Source of the DNA: Candidatus Nomurabacteria bacterium
Lineage (GTDB): Bacteria; Patescibacteriota; Minisyncoccia; Phycocordibacterales; UBA9973
NCBI GenBank assembly: GCA_026396015.1
Contig: JAPLXP010000004.1
Location: forward strand, 1,546-65,545
DNA length: 64,000 nucleotides
Direction of reading: 5' to 3'
The notes under the pieces were generated by a model. The model was not told the DNA's origin, did not search any database, and saw only the letters and a program-made list of their open reading frames with translations. This document shows, one piece after another, positions 37,488 to 48,000 of this stretch; the stretch's first letter is position 1, and every line of letters starts with the position of its first letter. The position numbers were made by a program, and so were the translations under genes.

Positions 37488-38525
37488 CTAGTTGTTTTTT
37501 ATTACCTCAGGCTCTTGTTCAAGTGTAATACCAAATTTATCAAATACAATCTTAATGATCTGATCACGAGCATTTGCAAAATCCTGCCCAGTAGCCCCGC
37601 CATTGTTCACCAGCACCAGAGCATTCTTTTCATATACAGATACATTACCAAAATTGTGCCCCTTTAGGCCTGCATTCTCAATCAGCCATCCAGCTGGAAT
37701 TTTTACTTTTGAATTGTCTAATTCAAAACAAATAACATTAGGATAATTTTCTTTTATCTTTTCAAATATACTTTTATCTACAATCGGATTTTCGAAGAAT
37801 GATCCTACATTGGGAATCTGATTTGGATTTGGCAATTTAGATGCACGGATATTTATAATCGCATTGCGAATATCCACCAGACTCGGACTAGTGATATTTT
37901 TTTCATCAAAATATTTCTTCACCCCTGGATAGTTCGGCATTTCTGGTGTTTTTTTAGAAAGGCGTAGAGTCACACTCGTGATAAAATATCGTCCTTTTTC
38001 TTCTGTCTTGAAGATACTATCTCTGTATCTAAAATTGCACTCTTCTTTTAATAGAGTCTTGTATTTTAGATTAATAGTATCAAATATATCCACATATATC
38101 AGTGTATCCTTGATCTCCTGACCGTAGGCACCCACATTCTGTACAGGAGTAGCACCCACTGTACCAGGAATAGCAGACATAGCCTCTACACCTGAAAGAC
38201 CCATACTGCAGACCCTCTCTACGAATTTATCCCAATTCTCTCCAGCACCAATTTTCAAAGTTGTAGAATCGTCATCTTCAGCAAGAATATCAAAGCCAAG
38301 AATTTCATCCTTCAGTGCCAATACATTCAACACATCATCATTGAAAACAAGGTTGGACCCGCCGCCGATCGGAAGAACGCGAATATCTTTTTCATGAGCA
38401 AATACATAAACCTGCTTTAAATCAACAGGATCAGACACCCTAGCCATATAGCGAAATTTACCACCACTGTGTAATGTGCAGAAATCACGAACATCCACAT
38501 TTTCTAGTATTTCCATATATTGCAA
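37488..38525 (-). CDS. murB: UDP-N-acetylenolpyruvoylglucosamine reductase
   Basis: FAD-binding LPIGGGSNLVF motif and a MurB C-terminal domain. Confidence 0.9.
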   Translation of the reverse strand: MQYMEILENVDVRDFCTLHSGGKFRYMARVSDPVDLKQVYVFAHEKDIRVLPIGGGSNLVFNDDVLNVLALKDEILGFDILAEDDDSTTLKIGAGENWDKFVERVCSMGLSGVEAMSAIPGTVGATPVQNVGAYGQEIKDTLIYVDIFDTINLKYKTLLKEECNFRYRDSIFKTEEKGRYFITSVTLRLSKKTPEMPNYPGVKKYFDEKNITSPSLVDIRNAIINIRASKLPNPNQIPNVGSFFENPIVDKSIFEKIKENYPNVICFELDNSKVKIPAGWLIENAGLKGHNFGNVSVYEKNALVLVNNGGATGQDFANARDQIIKIVFDKFGITLEQEPEVIKNN

Positions 38526-38686
38526 TTATATCATATATGAGATATACTGCAATACATAGTGAAGTAAAAGATATTGTTTTGAGAACCCTTGCGCAGGCGG
38601 GTAGCCGAGCAGAGCAATTTTTCAACAGAAAAATATGCGTGGTGAAAAAAATAATAACTTTTACGTAACGTAATCAAAAAAATATT

Positions 38687-40198
38687 ATGAAAAAACCAAA
38701 TGATACACAAAAAATTGGGTATTTTATCAAAGAACTCCGCGAGCGTCGTGGTATGACACAGGACGAACTAGCAATTGCACTATCTACCTCTCAATCAGCA
38801 GTAGCCCGTATGGAAAAGGGTGAGCAAAATTTTAGCACTGAAATACTAGGCAAAATATCTGAAGTCCTCGAGCATCAGATAGTATCTATCAACAATTCTA
38901 TAGACTTTCAGATCACGGGGGGCAAGAAGCTCCACGGATCAATCGATACAAATTTCTCAAAGAATGGATCTGTGGGATTGCTATGCGCATCCCTATTGAA
39001 TAAGGGAAGGACGACTCTCCACGGTATAGCCCGCATCGAAGAAGTGAATCGTGTGATAGAGATACTCGAGAGTATCGGAGTAGAGATCAAATGGATAGAC
39101 AAGAATTCTATCACTATCACTCCTCCAAAGACACTAAGCTTAAACAAGATAAATGTAGAATCTGCGATACGTACCAGATCTATCGTCATGCTCATGGGCC
39201 CACTACTACATTTATTCCCTGCTTTTTCACTACCTCATGCATCTGGGTGCAAGCTCGGCAAGCGTACTATCAGTGCACACACATATGCCCTCGAAGAGCT
39301 AGGAGTAAAGATCAAGACTACAAACAATAGCTACGATGTATCTGCTAAAAAATTAAAGGCGGCAGACATTGTCATGTATGAAGCCGGAGATACAGCATGT
39401 GAGAATATATTGACTGCAGCATCAAAAATAAAAGGTACGACCACTATATCATTTGCCAGTGCAAACTACATGGTCCAAGAGATCTGCTTCTTCCTCGAGA
39501 CTCTCGGTGTAAAGATTGATGGTATCGGATCATCCACCCTCGTAGTACACGGAGTACCAGATATCAACATGGATGTAGAATATACAAACAGCGAGGATCC
39601 TATCGAGTCTATGATGTTCATCTCTGCTGCTATCGCCACTGATTCCACACTACAGATAAATAGATGCCCTATCGACTTCCTATCACTCGAACTATATAAA
39701 TTAAAAAAGATGGGTTTGAAATATAAAATATTAAAAAATTATGTTTCTTACAATGGCCGTACAAAGCTCGCTGATATACAGATATTGCCATCTACTCTCA
39801 CAGCACCAGAAGACAAGATTCATGCGAATCCATACCCAGGCATAAATATGGACAACCTGCCATTCTTTGTACCGATCTGTATAAAGGCAAAAGGTACTAC
39901 ACTCATCCATGACTGGGTATATGAAAATCGTGCGATATATTTCACAGAGCTCAATCGCCTCGGAGCGAGCATCAATCTGATCGATCCTCACCGTGTGTAT
40001 GTCACAGGAGGTGCCAAGCTCAAGGCTGCCCAGGTAGTCTGCCCACCAGCACTGCGTCCATCGATGATCATACTCATCGGGATGCTAGCAGCACCAGGGG
40101 TATCAATCCTCCGTAATGTATACATGATCAAACGCGGATACGAAGAGATTGCCGAGCGTCTAAATAGCATCGGGGCAGATATTAAAATATTGAAATAA
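38687..40198 (+). CDS. murA: XRE-family HTH domain fused to UDP-N-acetylglucosamine 1-carboxyvinyltransferase (MurA/EPT family)
   Basis: N-terminal LRERRGMTQDELAIALSTSQSAVARMEKGEQ helix-turn-helix. This is followed by an EPT fold with the catalytic Cys in the ASGCKLGKRT context. Confidence 0.8.
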   Translation: MKKPNDTQKIGYFIKELRERRGMTQDELAIALSTSQSAVARMEKGEQNFSTEILGKISEVLEHQIVSINNSIDFQITGGKKLHGSIDTNFSKNGSVGLLCASLLNKGRTTLHGIARIEEVNRVIEILESIGVEIKWIDKNSITITPPKTLSLNKINVESAIRTRSIVMLMGPLLHLFPAFSLPHASGCKLGKRTISAHTYALEELGVKIKTTNNSYDVSAKKLKAADIVMYEAGDTACENILTAASKIKGTTTISFASANYMVQEICFFLETLGVKIDGIGSSTLVVHGVPDINMDVEYTNSEDPIESMMFISAAIATDSTLQINRCPIDFLSLELYKLKKMGLKYKILKNYVSYNGRTKLADIQILPSTLTAPEDKIHANPYPGINMDNLPFFVPICIKAKGTTLIHDWVYENRAIYFTELNRLGASINLIDPHRVYVTGGAKLKAAQVVCPPALRPSMIILIGMLAAPGVSILRNVYMIKRGYEEIAERLNSIGADIKILK

Positions 40199-40200
40199 TA

Positions 40201-40235
40201 AAAAATCCTTACCGTAATGGTAAGGATTTTTTATT
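40201..40235. terminator. bidirectional terminator
   Basis: TCCTTACCgtaaTGGTAAGGA between A-runs and T-runs. Confidence 0.65.
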
Positions 40236-41039
40236 TTAAAATTTTGTAGCTTCGATACACATGAACATGGGGATCTCTTTGCGGGCGCGGTCTTCAGCAG
40301 CTGCACGAGGACCAGATTGAGATTTCTTATGAGATATCCATTCCTCTAGGTGTGTGATGGCTAGGCCATTCTTGGAAAGCAATTTTACATAATATTGGAG
40401 TGGTCGGTGGAATGATATAGTCTTGATCTTCATCCGTGGGTCACTCTCGCCTGGAGTCATATCTATAGAGAGCTTTGATTCAGACATGTATTTGTCTACG
40501 ATACGAGATTGTATCCCCTCTGCAAAATACCAGTCACTAGCCTGAGGTACACGGAATGCTGGATGATTCAATACTAGTACGATGCGTCCACCCTTCTTCA
40601 GTACACGATTACACTCGGCGAATACTTGGGATACGTTTTCGATATTCTGGATTGCTAGGACTACTACGACAGTATTTACAGATTCATCTGGCAGGAATGG
40701 TGACTTGTGCGCAGGTGATACATAAAAATCTACACTCTCAGTTCTAGCTGAAGCTTTTTCGACTAGATTGCGAGAGATGTCAGAAGCTATGATATGCACG
40801 TTCTTTTGTCTTGCAAAAAGATTTGAAAAATATCCCTGACCACAAGCCAAATCAAATACAACTTCACCTGCACGTAAATCAAGCACACGTAATAGATTCG
40901 GCGCGATGACTTTTGCTTGATAGCTGTCAGTATCCTTTTCTAGTAGCTCGTCGTACCACCCTGAAACGCGATTCCATGAAGTGTCTTTTTTATTAGTATT
41001 TTTGTCGTTATGTAACATTATGGGAGTATTATAGCACAA
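40236..41039 (-). CDS. class I SAM-dependent methyltransferase
   Basis: VLDLACGQGYF motif I. Confidence 0.75.
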   Translation of the reverse strand: MCYNTPIMLHNDKNTNKKDTSWNRVSGWYDELLEKDTDSYQAKVIAPNLLRVLDLRAGEVVFDLACGQGYFSNLFARQKNVHIIASDISRNLVEKASARTESVDFYVSPAHKSPFLPDESVNTVVVVLAIQNIENVSQVFAECNRVLKKGGRIVLVLNHPAFRVPQASDWYFAEGIQSRIVDKYMSESKLSIDMTPGESDPRMKIKTISFHRPLQYYVKLLSKNGLAITHLEEWISHKKSQSGPRAAAEDRARKEIPMFMCIEATKF

Positions 41040-41057
41040 AAATACCGAAAAATCAAG

Positions 41058-42533
41058 TTATTCGATTATGTCTATATCTCTTGCATTTATTGGGTTTTCT
41101 AGGCCCTCATCATGATGCTTGTGATTCTGTATATATCGGATACTGTACACAGCAGACAAGGCCACAATCATGACGGCTATCCATCCAAATACAGGCCATG
41201 ATACACGAGGACCTGCATCCCCCGCACTAGCAGCTATGTCATTTAGATTTATAACATTATTATTTTTTTCTTTTTTACCTAGTGAAATTGTGGGGAACGT
41301 TTTTTCTATATTATTATTTTCTCTTGGTGCAGATTCAATTTTATTATTTATAACTTGTGAAGGATTTTGATCTTTTGCAGGAGTAGGAATATCTATAAAT
41401 GGAAATCCTGCTATGACTTCCCCGCTCGGAGATATGATAGATATATTACTCAAATCATCAAAACTAAATTTTGTCACTCGTGGTGAAATTTTTATTTTCT
41501 TGCCGGACATGATAATAGTACCGTCAGGAATAACAAAAGAATTACTTTTGCCTCTCAAAACCCAATTCGACAATGTCGTCTCGTAGCTAGACTTATTTTC
41601 CAATTCAATATATGGATCAGTGGCCGTACCCACAGAAGATATGACGACGCTCGCAGGTATTACCTTTATGATCATCTTGTCTGTGGCATCAATATTGCTA
41701 CCATAATAATTCTGAAAATAAGATAGTGTCATAAGATACTCCCCAGGGTAGTCATATCGATACAAGAATGAGCTATTCTGATTTGGTATTTCTCGAGACA
41801 TACCATCCCCAAAATTCCAGATGAATCTACCATATGAAAGATTCTCCTTGCTGTATCCAGTAGTCTTTTGGTCAACCTTAAAATCAATCCCTGAGATTAC
41901 TACATTTTTAGATATTATCTCTGTACTTATCTTTGGTGGTGCTACCTCTTTTTTGGGAACAATTACAGAGCTACTAGAAGAACTAAATGACGAGCCACCA
42001 CCAGAACCTGAAGAAACCTGATTCTGATTTGATACATCAGGCACAGTAGCAAGTCCAGGAGTAGGTAATGAGGCAACCCACGAAGAACCTGATTTCTGTA
42101 AAGAATTTCCATCTTCACTGGCGCCGAGAGATGAAACATAAGCCACGCTATCTATTGTAGTGCCATCATTTATGAGTGACACATTGCCGCTGTCCTTATC
42201 CAATACCATCACAGTATCTATAGCTGTACCAGGAAAACTAGCATGGTCAGCCAGAAAAGTATTCTTGTCCCCCGTTAGGATAAAGTAAGACTGGGCAGGC
42301 ACAGAGAAATCAACTTTGTTGTTCAGATAGTGTGAGGCACCATCATTGAATCGCCACTTGAGCGCATCTATAGATGCAGGAGCAGATCCATTGTTGTAAA
42401 CTTCAATCCATTGATGATTCGTATTCGCACCTTTTGGGTCATACATTATCTCAGTAATCTCAAGTGAGGCCGATACTATGTATGGTACACAAAATACAAT
42501 AAACAAACCAAAACAGATTAAAATTCTTTTCAT
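41058..42533 (-). CDS. secreted lamin-tail-domain (LTD) protein with C-terminal membrane anchor
   Basis: Signal peptide, ITEIMYDPKG..QWIEVYNNG LTD motif, and a C-terminal transmembrane segment. Confidence 0.55.
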   Translation of the reverse strand: MKRILICFGLFIVFCVPYIVSASLEITEIMYDPKGANTNHQWIEVYNNGSAPASIDALKWRFNDGASHYLNNKVDFSVPAQSYFILTGDKNTFLADHASFPGTAIDTVMVLDKDSGNVSLINDGTTIDSVAYVSSLGASEDGNSLQKSGSSWVASLPTPGLATVPDVSNQNQVSSGSGGGSSFSSSSSSVIVPKKEVAPPKISTEIISKNVVISGIDFKVDQKTTGYSKENLSYGRFIWNFGDGMSREIPNQNSSFLYRYDYPGEYLMTLSYFQNYYGSNIDATDKMIIKVIPASVVISSVGTATDPYIELENKSSYETTLSNWVLRGKSNSFVIPDGTIIMSGKKIKISPRVTKFSFDDLSNISIISPSGEVIAGFPFIDIPTPAKDQNPSQVINNKIESAPRENNNIEKTFPTISLGKKEKNNNVINLNDIAASAGDAGPRVSWPVFGWIAVMIVALSAVYSIRYIQNHKHHDEGLENPINARDIDIIE

Positions 42534-42574
42534 AGATTTTTATTTAACCGTAAAAATATGACGGTCTTTTTATT

Positions 42575-44938
42575 TTATTCTAATATTTTTTTCAATACTT
42601 CCTCGGGTACTTCTTTTGATGGGACACGCTTCTGCCAGGAGTCATTTTGATTCACTACAGGATCTGCACTCTGTGTATTATCCACTTCTGTTTTTTCTGG
42701 AGTACTCAAGATTGTTTCAATCTCTTTTTCTACAACAGGATTTGGAAATGCTTCTGGAATTTTTTCTATTACTTTTACTTCTTCAGTTGTAACTGGTATT
42801 TCCTTTGGAATATTTTTTACTTCCACTTCTGTTTTAATCTCTTCTACAACAGGAGCAATCAGGGCATCCACTACTTTTACTTCTGGTGCAGTATGCGCAG
42901 GCTCTACTGTAGTCTTTGTGGTTGTAGTTGTCGTAGTTGTAGTAGTCTGTGGTGTAGCCACTTTTGCAAGAAGATCTTTTAGTGCATTTTTATTTTCTTC
43001 AGATGCCTCACGGGTAAGGAGAACGGTCTTGGGCTTTATTGGTGCATTTACTACAGGATTTGAAGAGGCCACCTTGAGCGCAGAAAGAGACATGGGTTTT
43101 TGTTCCACCCGCTTTACCTCTACTACCTCCGGTACTTTTTGAGTATCTAATTTTTCAGACTTTTCATTCTTTATCTTTTCCAATAGACCTCTGAGTAACG
43201 GAGAAGGAGATCCTATTTTTTTAATGAACGGCTTTGGTGTGAATTTTGAATCTGGATTATTTGCGGGTTGACCCTTTTGGTAATTATTTTTTGGAATAAA
43301 TGGTTTACCTGGGACAACTAGTGGAGCAGAATCTTTTTGGGGAATACTCTCCCTATTTGCAGTGAATGCAGTAGTCAGACGTGATCCATCTTGGTTGAAT
43401 TCAATACCCAATGCTGCCAGTGGTGCAGAATTTACAGTATCTTGCTTGAATGCCTTTGGTGTAATGAATCCTTTTGCGGCCTCAAGATTTCCTTCTTTTA
43501 TCTTGAAAAGACACTCCTTACAATAGATTGGTTTCTTTGGGTCTGGCTCGAATGGAACCATTATTTCCTTTCCACAATTTAGACATGTAGCTTTGAATTT
43601 ACCTATAGCTTCAGGGTTGTCTGTAGCCTGGAGTGTACCACTCCAACGCATAATCTCGTTCTCTACTTCTTCACGAGGTTTTGTGTAAAGTGCACGAGAT
43701 GATTCAATGATTTTCTCTTTTACATTATCTGTCAGATCCACCTTGATTGGAGGAAGAGTACTCGCAGAAAATGGACGACTAGTCACCCCGTCGATCATCA
43801 ACTTTAGATATACGTGATAGTTTGGCAGGTTTACTAAATCCTGAGCCATGAATTCTGGCTCGAATTCTTTTTCTAGAAAATCTGCGTCATCAGCACCAAC
43901 ACGGAAGATAATCATCGTACCCACGTTGCCGAATACAGCATCACGAACTTTACTACCATCCTTGTTTTCAAGTTGGGCAGTGTACTGGTGGGCGATTATA
44001 AGATTTAAACGATATTTGCGGGCCTCAGAGAGGATGTTTGCAAATGAGTCTGTAGCAAAATTCTGGAACTCGTCGACATATAGATAAAAGTCTTTACGAT
44101 CATTCTCAGGAATACGCACACGCTCCATAGCAGCGAGCTGAATCTTGGTGATGAGCATTCCTCCGAGCAAAGCAGAGTTGTCTTCTCCGACGCGACCCTT
44201 GGACACGTTCACGAGGAATATTTTTCCTTCATTCATAATATCAAAGATATCGATTGTAGATTTTTGTTGACCGAGGACATTACGGATAATAGAAGTGGAT
44301 AGGAATTGTCCTACCTTGTTTTGAATCGGAGCTATGGCTTCATTTCTGAATTGATCACGCCACTGCTCGTATTCGTGCACCCAAAATGCCTTGACCACTG
44401 GGTCCTTTAGATTGTTCACAATCATCTGACGATAATCCTTGTCCACTAGGATACGAGGAATACCGAGTAGTGTAGTTCCAGGAGTATCGAGCAATGCGAG
44501 AATGGCATTGTTTAGAATGTACTCCATACGACTACTCCATGCATTGGCCCAAATCTTGGTAAAGATTCCCATGAGTCCTGACGCTACGAGGTGCTTGTAT
44601 TTTGGATCGTCGATCTGCAACACATTGAATCCAATATGAAAATCCGTATCAGCCGGATTGAAGTAGATAACATCTTTTACGCGATGCTCTGGGATGAGAC
44701 TGAGAATTTCCTCGACGAGCTCGCCGTGTGGATCCACCACGCAGACACCCTCGCCATTTTGAATATTCTGCACGATTAGATTCGAAAGGAGTACTGATTT
44801 ACCAGTACCAGATTTTCCCAGCACATACATATGCTGACGGCGGTCTTTTCTCTTTATACCAAAAACATTCCCGGTATTACGAAAGTTTGTCTTACCAAAA
44901 TATGTAATATCTCGATTGTGTGGGATTCCTGTATCCAT
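42575..44938 (-). CDS. TraG/VirD4-like P-loop ATPase (T4 coupling-protein superfamily) with long low-complexity C-terminus and CxxC..CxxC zinc ribbon
   Basis: Walker A (GKSGTGKS), VVDPHGE, and Walker B (YLYVDEFQN). No N-terminal transmembrane segment. C-terminal T-run and acidic tail, with CLNCGKEI..YCKECL. Confidence 0.6.
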   Translation of the reverse strand: MDTGIPHNRDITYFGKTNFRNTGNVFGIKRKDRRQHMYVLGKSGTGKSVLLSNLIVQNIQNGEGVCVVDPHGELVEEILSLIPEHRVKDVIYFNPADTDFHIGFNVLQIDDPKYKHLVASGLMGIFTKIWANAWSSRMEYILNNAILALLDTPGTTLLGIPRILVDKDYRQMIVNNLKDPVVKAFWVHEYEQWRDQFRNEAIAPIQNKVGQFLSTSIIRNVLGQQKSTIDIFDIMNEGKIFLVNVSKGRVGEDNSALLGGMLITKIQLAAMERVRIPENDRKDFYLYVDEFQNFATDSFANILSEARKYRLNLIIAHQYTAQLENKDGSKVRDAVFGNVGTMIIFRVGADDADFLEKEFEPEFMAQDLVNLPNYHVYLKLMIDGVTSRPFSASTLPPIKVDLTDNVKEKIIESSRALYTKPREEVENEIMRWSGTLQATDNPEAIGKFKATCLNCGKEIMVPFEPDPKKPIYCKECLFKIKEGNLEAAKGFITPKAFKQDTVNSAPLAALGIEFNQDGSRLTTAFTANRESIPQKDSAPLVVPGKPFIPKNNYQKGQPANNPDSKFTPKPFIKKIGSPSPLLRGLLEKIKNEKSEKLDTQKVPEVVEVKRVEQKPMSLSALKVASSNPVVNAPIKPKTVLLTREASEENKNALKDLLAKVATPQTTTTTTTTTTKTTVEPAHTAPEVKVVDALIAPVVEEIKTEVEVKNIPKEIPVTTEEVKVIEKIPEAFPNPVVEKEIETILSTPEKTEVDNTQSADPVVNQNDSWQKRVPSKEVPEEVLKKILE

Positions 44939-45221
44939 GTTGGTTTTATTATAACATATATGATAGAATCAAAACACTAAATTTATACTCTGATACATAA
45001 AGCTATATATCAGCAAAATAAACAATTTGTTCATTTAAAAAATCAATACGAAATATGAGAAAAATCATCTTAAATCCATTTAAATGGTTCGGCATCTGGG
45101 TTGTTGTCTGCTTATTAATTTTTGTATATATTCTATATTGGATTATATCAAAAATATTTAGAATCAAAACAAAAGAGCAGGCCTACACCGGTTGGGCAAA
45201 TCAAAAGTGTTTTAGTTAACT

Positions 45222-45250
45222 AAAAAAGGAGCATATGCTCCTTTTTATTT
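45222..45250. terminator. terminator hairpin
   Basis: GGAGCATATGCTCC followed by a T-run. Confidence 0.6.
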
Positions 45251-45555
45251 TACCCAAATAATTCTTTTTTCTTTAATTCTAATTTTGAGATTATTTCAGG
45301 GTCTGTGACTTTTGAAAATCTTTCAAAAGTTTTCCTCTCGCGCATCACTATCTCTGTAAAATTATCTAAAGATCTGACAAATACCTTCATATGACTACCC
45401 TTTAAAATATCCACTTCATAAAGTGGTTTGTAAAACAAAACTTCACAGTCTTTTTCTGCGTCAAGTCCAAATCCTTCTACCACATATGAGTGATCGTATA
45501 CATCACCCTGATCGTGTTTGAAATGATAATAAAATTCTCCTATTTGTGGTTTCAT
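45250..45555 (-). CDS. DUF1653-like small protein
   Basis: GEFYYHFKHD..YDHSYVVEG..VLFYKPLY pattern. Confidence 0.45.
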   Translation of the reverse strand: MKPQIGEFYYHFKHDQGDVYDHSYVVEGFGLDAEKDCEVLFYKPLYEVDILKGSHMKVFVRSLDNFTEIVMRERKTFERFSKVTDPEIISKLELKKKELFG

Positions 45556-45606
45556 AATATAATTTTATCACTAATTCAAAATATAAATAAATGATACAAT
45601 ACATTA

Positions 45607-46185
45607 ATGATTCCAGACTACATATCATATATCACAATTCCAATAGGACTAATCGGAATATATTTATATATAAAAGAAATAATTCTCGGTAAAACAAGAC
45701 CAAACATAGTCACTTGGATTTTTTGGTCTATAGCACCACTAGTAGGAGTATTTATAAACTACAAAAGTGGAGTATCAATATCATTATTAGCTTCGACATT
45801 TATAGCAGGATTTGGACCACTACTAGTAGTCCTATTTTCAATATTCAATAAAAATTCCTATTACATAATTACTAAATTTGATATTCTCTGTGGTATCTTA
45901 TCTGTACTTTCAATAATACTTTGGATAACCACAAAGAATGTTATACTTTCACTTTCTTTTGCTATATTTGCAGATTTTACAGCAGGACTACCTACAATTA
46001 TTAAATCATGGACTCATAGTGATACAGAGAGTCATGCACCATACTCTATAGGAATACTAAATCAAATAATAACCTTTTTAGTTATTACAGATTTTTCTTA
46101 CATCAACACAGCCTTCCCTATTTATTTTGTAATAGCGAATGGAGTAATAATCCTAGGCATTTATCACAAAAAATTATTCAAATAA
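45607..46185 (+). CDS. hypothetical polytopic membrane protein
   Basis: Six hydrophobic segments. Confidence 0.45.
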   Translation: MIPDYISYITIPIGLIGIYLYIKEIILGKTRPNIVTWIFWSIAPLVGVFINYKSGVSISLLASTFIAGFGPLLVVLFSIFNKNSYYIITKFDILCGILSVLSIILWITTKNVILSLSFAIFADFTAGLPTIIKSWTHSDTESHAPYSIGILNQIITFLVITDFSYINTAFPIYFVIANGVIILGIYHKKLFK

Positions 46186-46208
46186 CACAATATTCCCAAT
46201 TACTAAAA

Positions 46209-46244
46209 ATGACATTCGGACATTCTTGAGAATGTCCGAATGTC
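46209..46244. promoter_or_regulatory. 36-bp perfect palindrome (copy 1 of 3)
   Basis: TGACATTCGGACATTCT TGA GAATGTCCGAATGTCA, 3' of the first Cys-rich gene. Confidence 0.6.
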
Positions 46245-46253
46245 ATTTTTGTT

Positions 46254-47945
46254 TTAGATTACTTCATTCTGATAACATTTTTCACAATATACGATCTCGG
46301 GTCGGTCGGGGGAATAAGATGCCTTGATATCTATTCCACATTCTGCACAATTTCGATCAAAAGATGTAGGTGGCAATGCACGAGAGAATCTTTCCCCTCT
46401 TCTGCAGTCTGAACATTTTCGAGGTATTGATAAATTTAATTTATTCAATATATCTATTTCTCCATCTACGATTTTAAAACATCGTCCGCAATCACATCTC
46501 ACAACGTAATTCAAAATAGTATTTCGATCAGATCTTTTATCTGGCAAATCTTTTGATTCTATATTGTGCACATACTCATTGGGTTGTACTTCTACCCATT
46601 TATATCCAAAATCAATAGCTTGGTCTTTTGTCTTGGGGTAATACACACTTGCAAATGTCTCATTGTATCCAAATGAAGAAGCTTGAAACGGCAAAAATTC
46701 ACCATATTTATATATCCTGCCTTTTGAATCTATATATGGATTCACCTTCATATCCTCTATTATTTTATTTTTCAAGATATCAAAATCCTCTTTTGAATAT
46801 TCTTTATTTAAAATAAAATACGATTTCCTCTTTAAATTTGCACAACCAAATACATTCTTGCAAGAAGATGCATAATAGCAATATTCATGATTCAAACAAT
46901 CAGGATATGAACCAATGGAAAACTTTATATTAGAGGACCCATGCCCAGCAATCAGTGTCTCATAGATGAGCTCTGCTCCACCGCCCCAACATGTATAGTC
47001 ATAGGCATCCTTAGTCTTTTCTACTGAAATCAATTGTACGAATCTAGAATCCTCTGTACTAGTGATCATATATGAGTCTCTGGCATTTTTTGATTCGAAA
47101 ATATATTCCCCGGAGACATTTACATTCAGACTATTCCCATACATTGATTTCACTGGATTCTTCAACCAAAAATCTCTAGCCTCTTTTTTGTAATGCTCAA
47201 AATTTGAATATGACGACAAATCTGCATTTTTAATAAATTCAAAATATTCTTCTTTTGTGTATTGCTCATTATAAATGCAATAAGATTTCTTTCTTAAATT
47301 AATACACCCAAAACAATCATTGCAACCAGAACAATTTTTAGAAAAGTATAAATTTATAGAGTTGTCACATTCATCACAAGATACACAACCAAAGCATTTA
47401 TATATACCTACGCAATCATAACACTTTTCTGATTCACGAATTCGAAAACAATCCGAGCTATCTTTTAAGGTATTCAAAAAATCACAATAAAAAGAATTTT
47501 CTGCATAGTCAGCAAAAAATAAACCATAACAATTATTTAGATGTGAAGAATAATTTGTATACGAGGTATTAATCAAAGAAGAATACAATGTATCCAATGC
47601 CATCATTGGGGTATTGTTTTTAAATTCAATATATTGCTCCAAGAAATTCCTATTTGGATCATAATCCACCCCATACTCTGTACCATCCCAATCATCCGCC
47701 CACCAACATTTTGAGCAGAAAACTTTTTTACCACTATCCTTGTGATACATGGATATTATATTTGAATTACATTTATCACATACCCCCTTGTATAGTGAAT
47801 ATATATTCATAAAAGCCAAACGTCTTTCAAATCGACATGTAGGGCAAAATGTCGGTGATGGAACTTTTATCTTTTCATAGAATGAAAAATCATCTGGTTC
47901 TATGTTGAAATCTTTTTTACAATTTTGGCAGTTACGTGTTTCCAT
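46254..47945 (-). CDS. large Cys-rich multi-zinc-ribbon protein (paralogue 1)
   Basis: Start at METRNCQNCKK, reverse-strand ATG at 47945; the upstream-extended ORF merely translates the palindrome. N-terminal and C-terminal CxxC..CxxC ribbons, with a central C..C.GC.NL..K.YC repeat core. Confidence 0.55.
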   Translation of the reverse strand: METRNCQNCKKDFNIEPDDFSFYEKIKVPSPTFCPTCRFERRLAFMNIYSLYKGVCDKCNSNIISMYHKDSGKKVFCSKCWWADDWDGTEYGVDYDPNRNFLEQYIEFKNNTPMMALDTLYSSLINTSYTNYSSHLNNCYGLFFADYAENSFYCDFLNTLKDSSDCFRIRESEKCYDCVGIYKCFGCVSCDECDNSINLYFSKNCSGCNDCFGCINLRKKSYCIYNEQYTKEEYFEFIKNADLSSYSNFEHYKKEARDFWLKNPVKSMYGNSLNVNVSGEYIFESKNARDSYMITSTEDSRFVQLISVEKTKDAYDYTCWGGGAELIYETLIAGHGSSNIKFSIGSYPDCLNHEYCYYASSCKNVFGCANLKRKSYFILNKEYSKEDFDILKNKIIEDMKVNPYIDSKGRIYKYGEFLPFQASSFGYNETFASVYYPKTKDQAIDFGYKWVEVQPNEYVHNIESKDLPDKRSDRNTILNYVVRCDCGRCFKIVDGEIDILNKLNLSIPRKCSDCRRGERFSRALPPTSFDRNCAECGIDIKASYSPDRPEIVYCEKCYQNEVI

Positions 47946-47957
47946 TTTTTTAATTTT

Positions 47958-47991
47958 GACATTCTCACATTCTGCAGAATACGAGAATGTC
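47958..47991. promoter_or_regulatory. 34-bp palindrome (copy 2), 12 nt upstream of Cys-rich paralogue 1 start
   Basis: GACATTCTCACATTCTGCAGAATACGAGAATGTC. Confidence 0.55.
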
Positions 47992-48000
47992 ATTTTAATT

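Noticed and set aside
42647-43142. Plus-strand ORFs including a poly-Val peptide (42918..43142)
   Set aside because: This is antisense translation of the poly-Thr/acidic low-complexity tail of the 787-aa ATPase gene.
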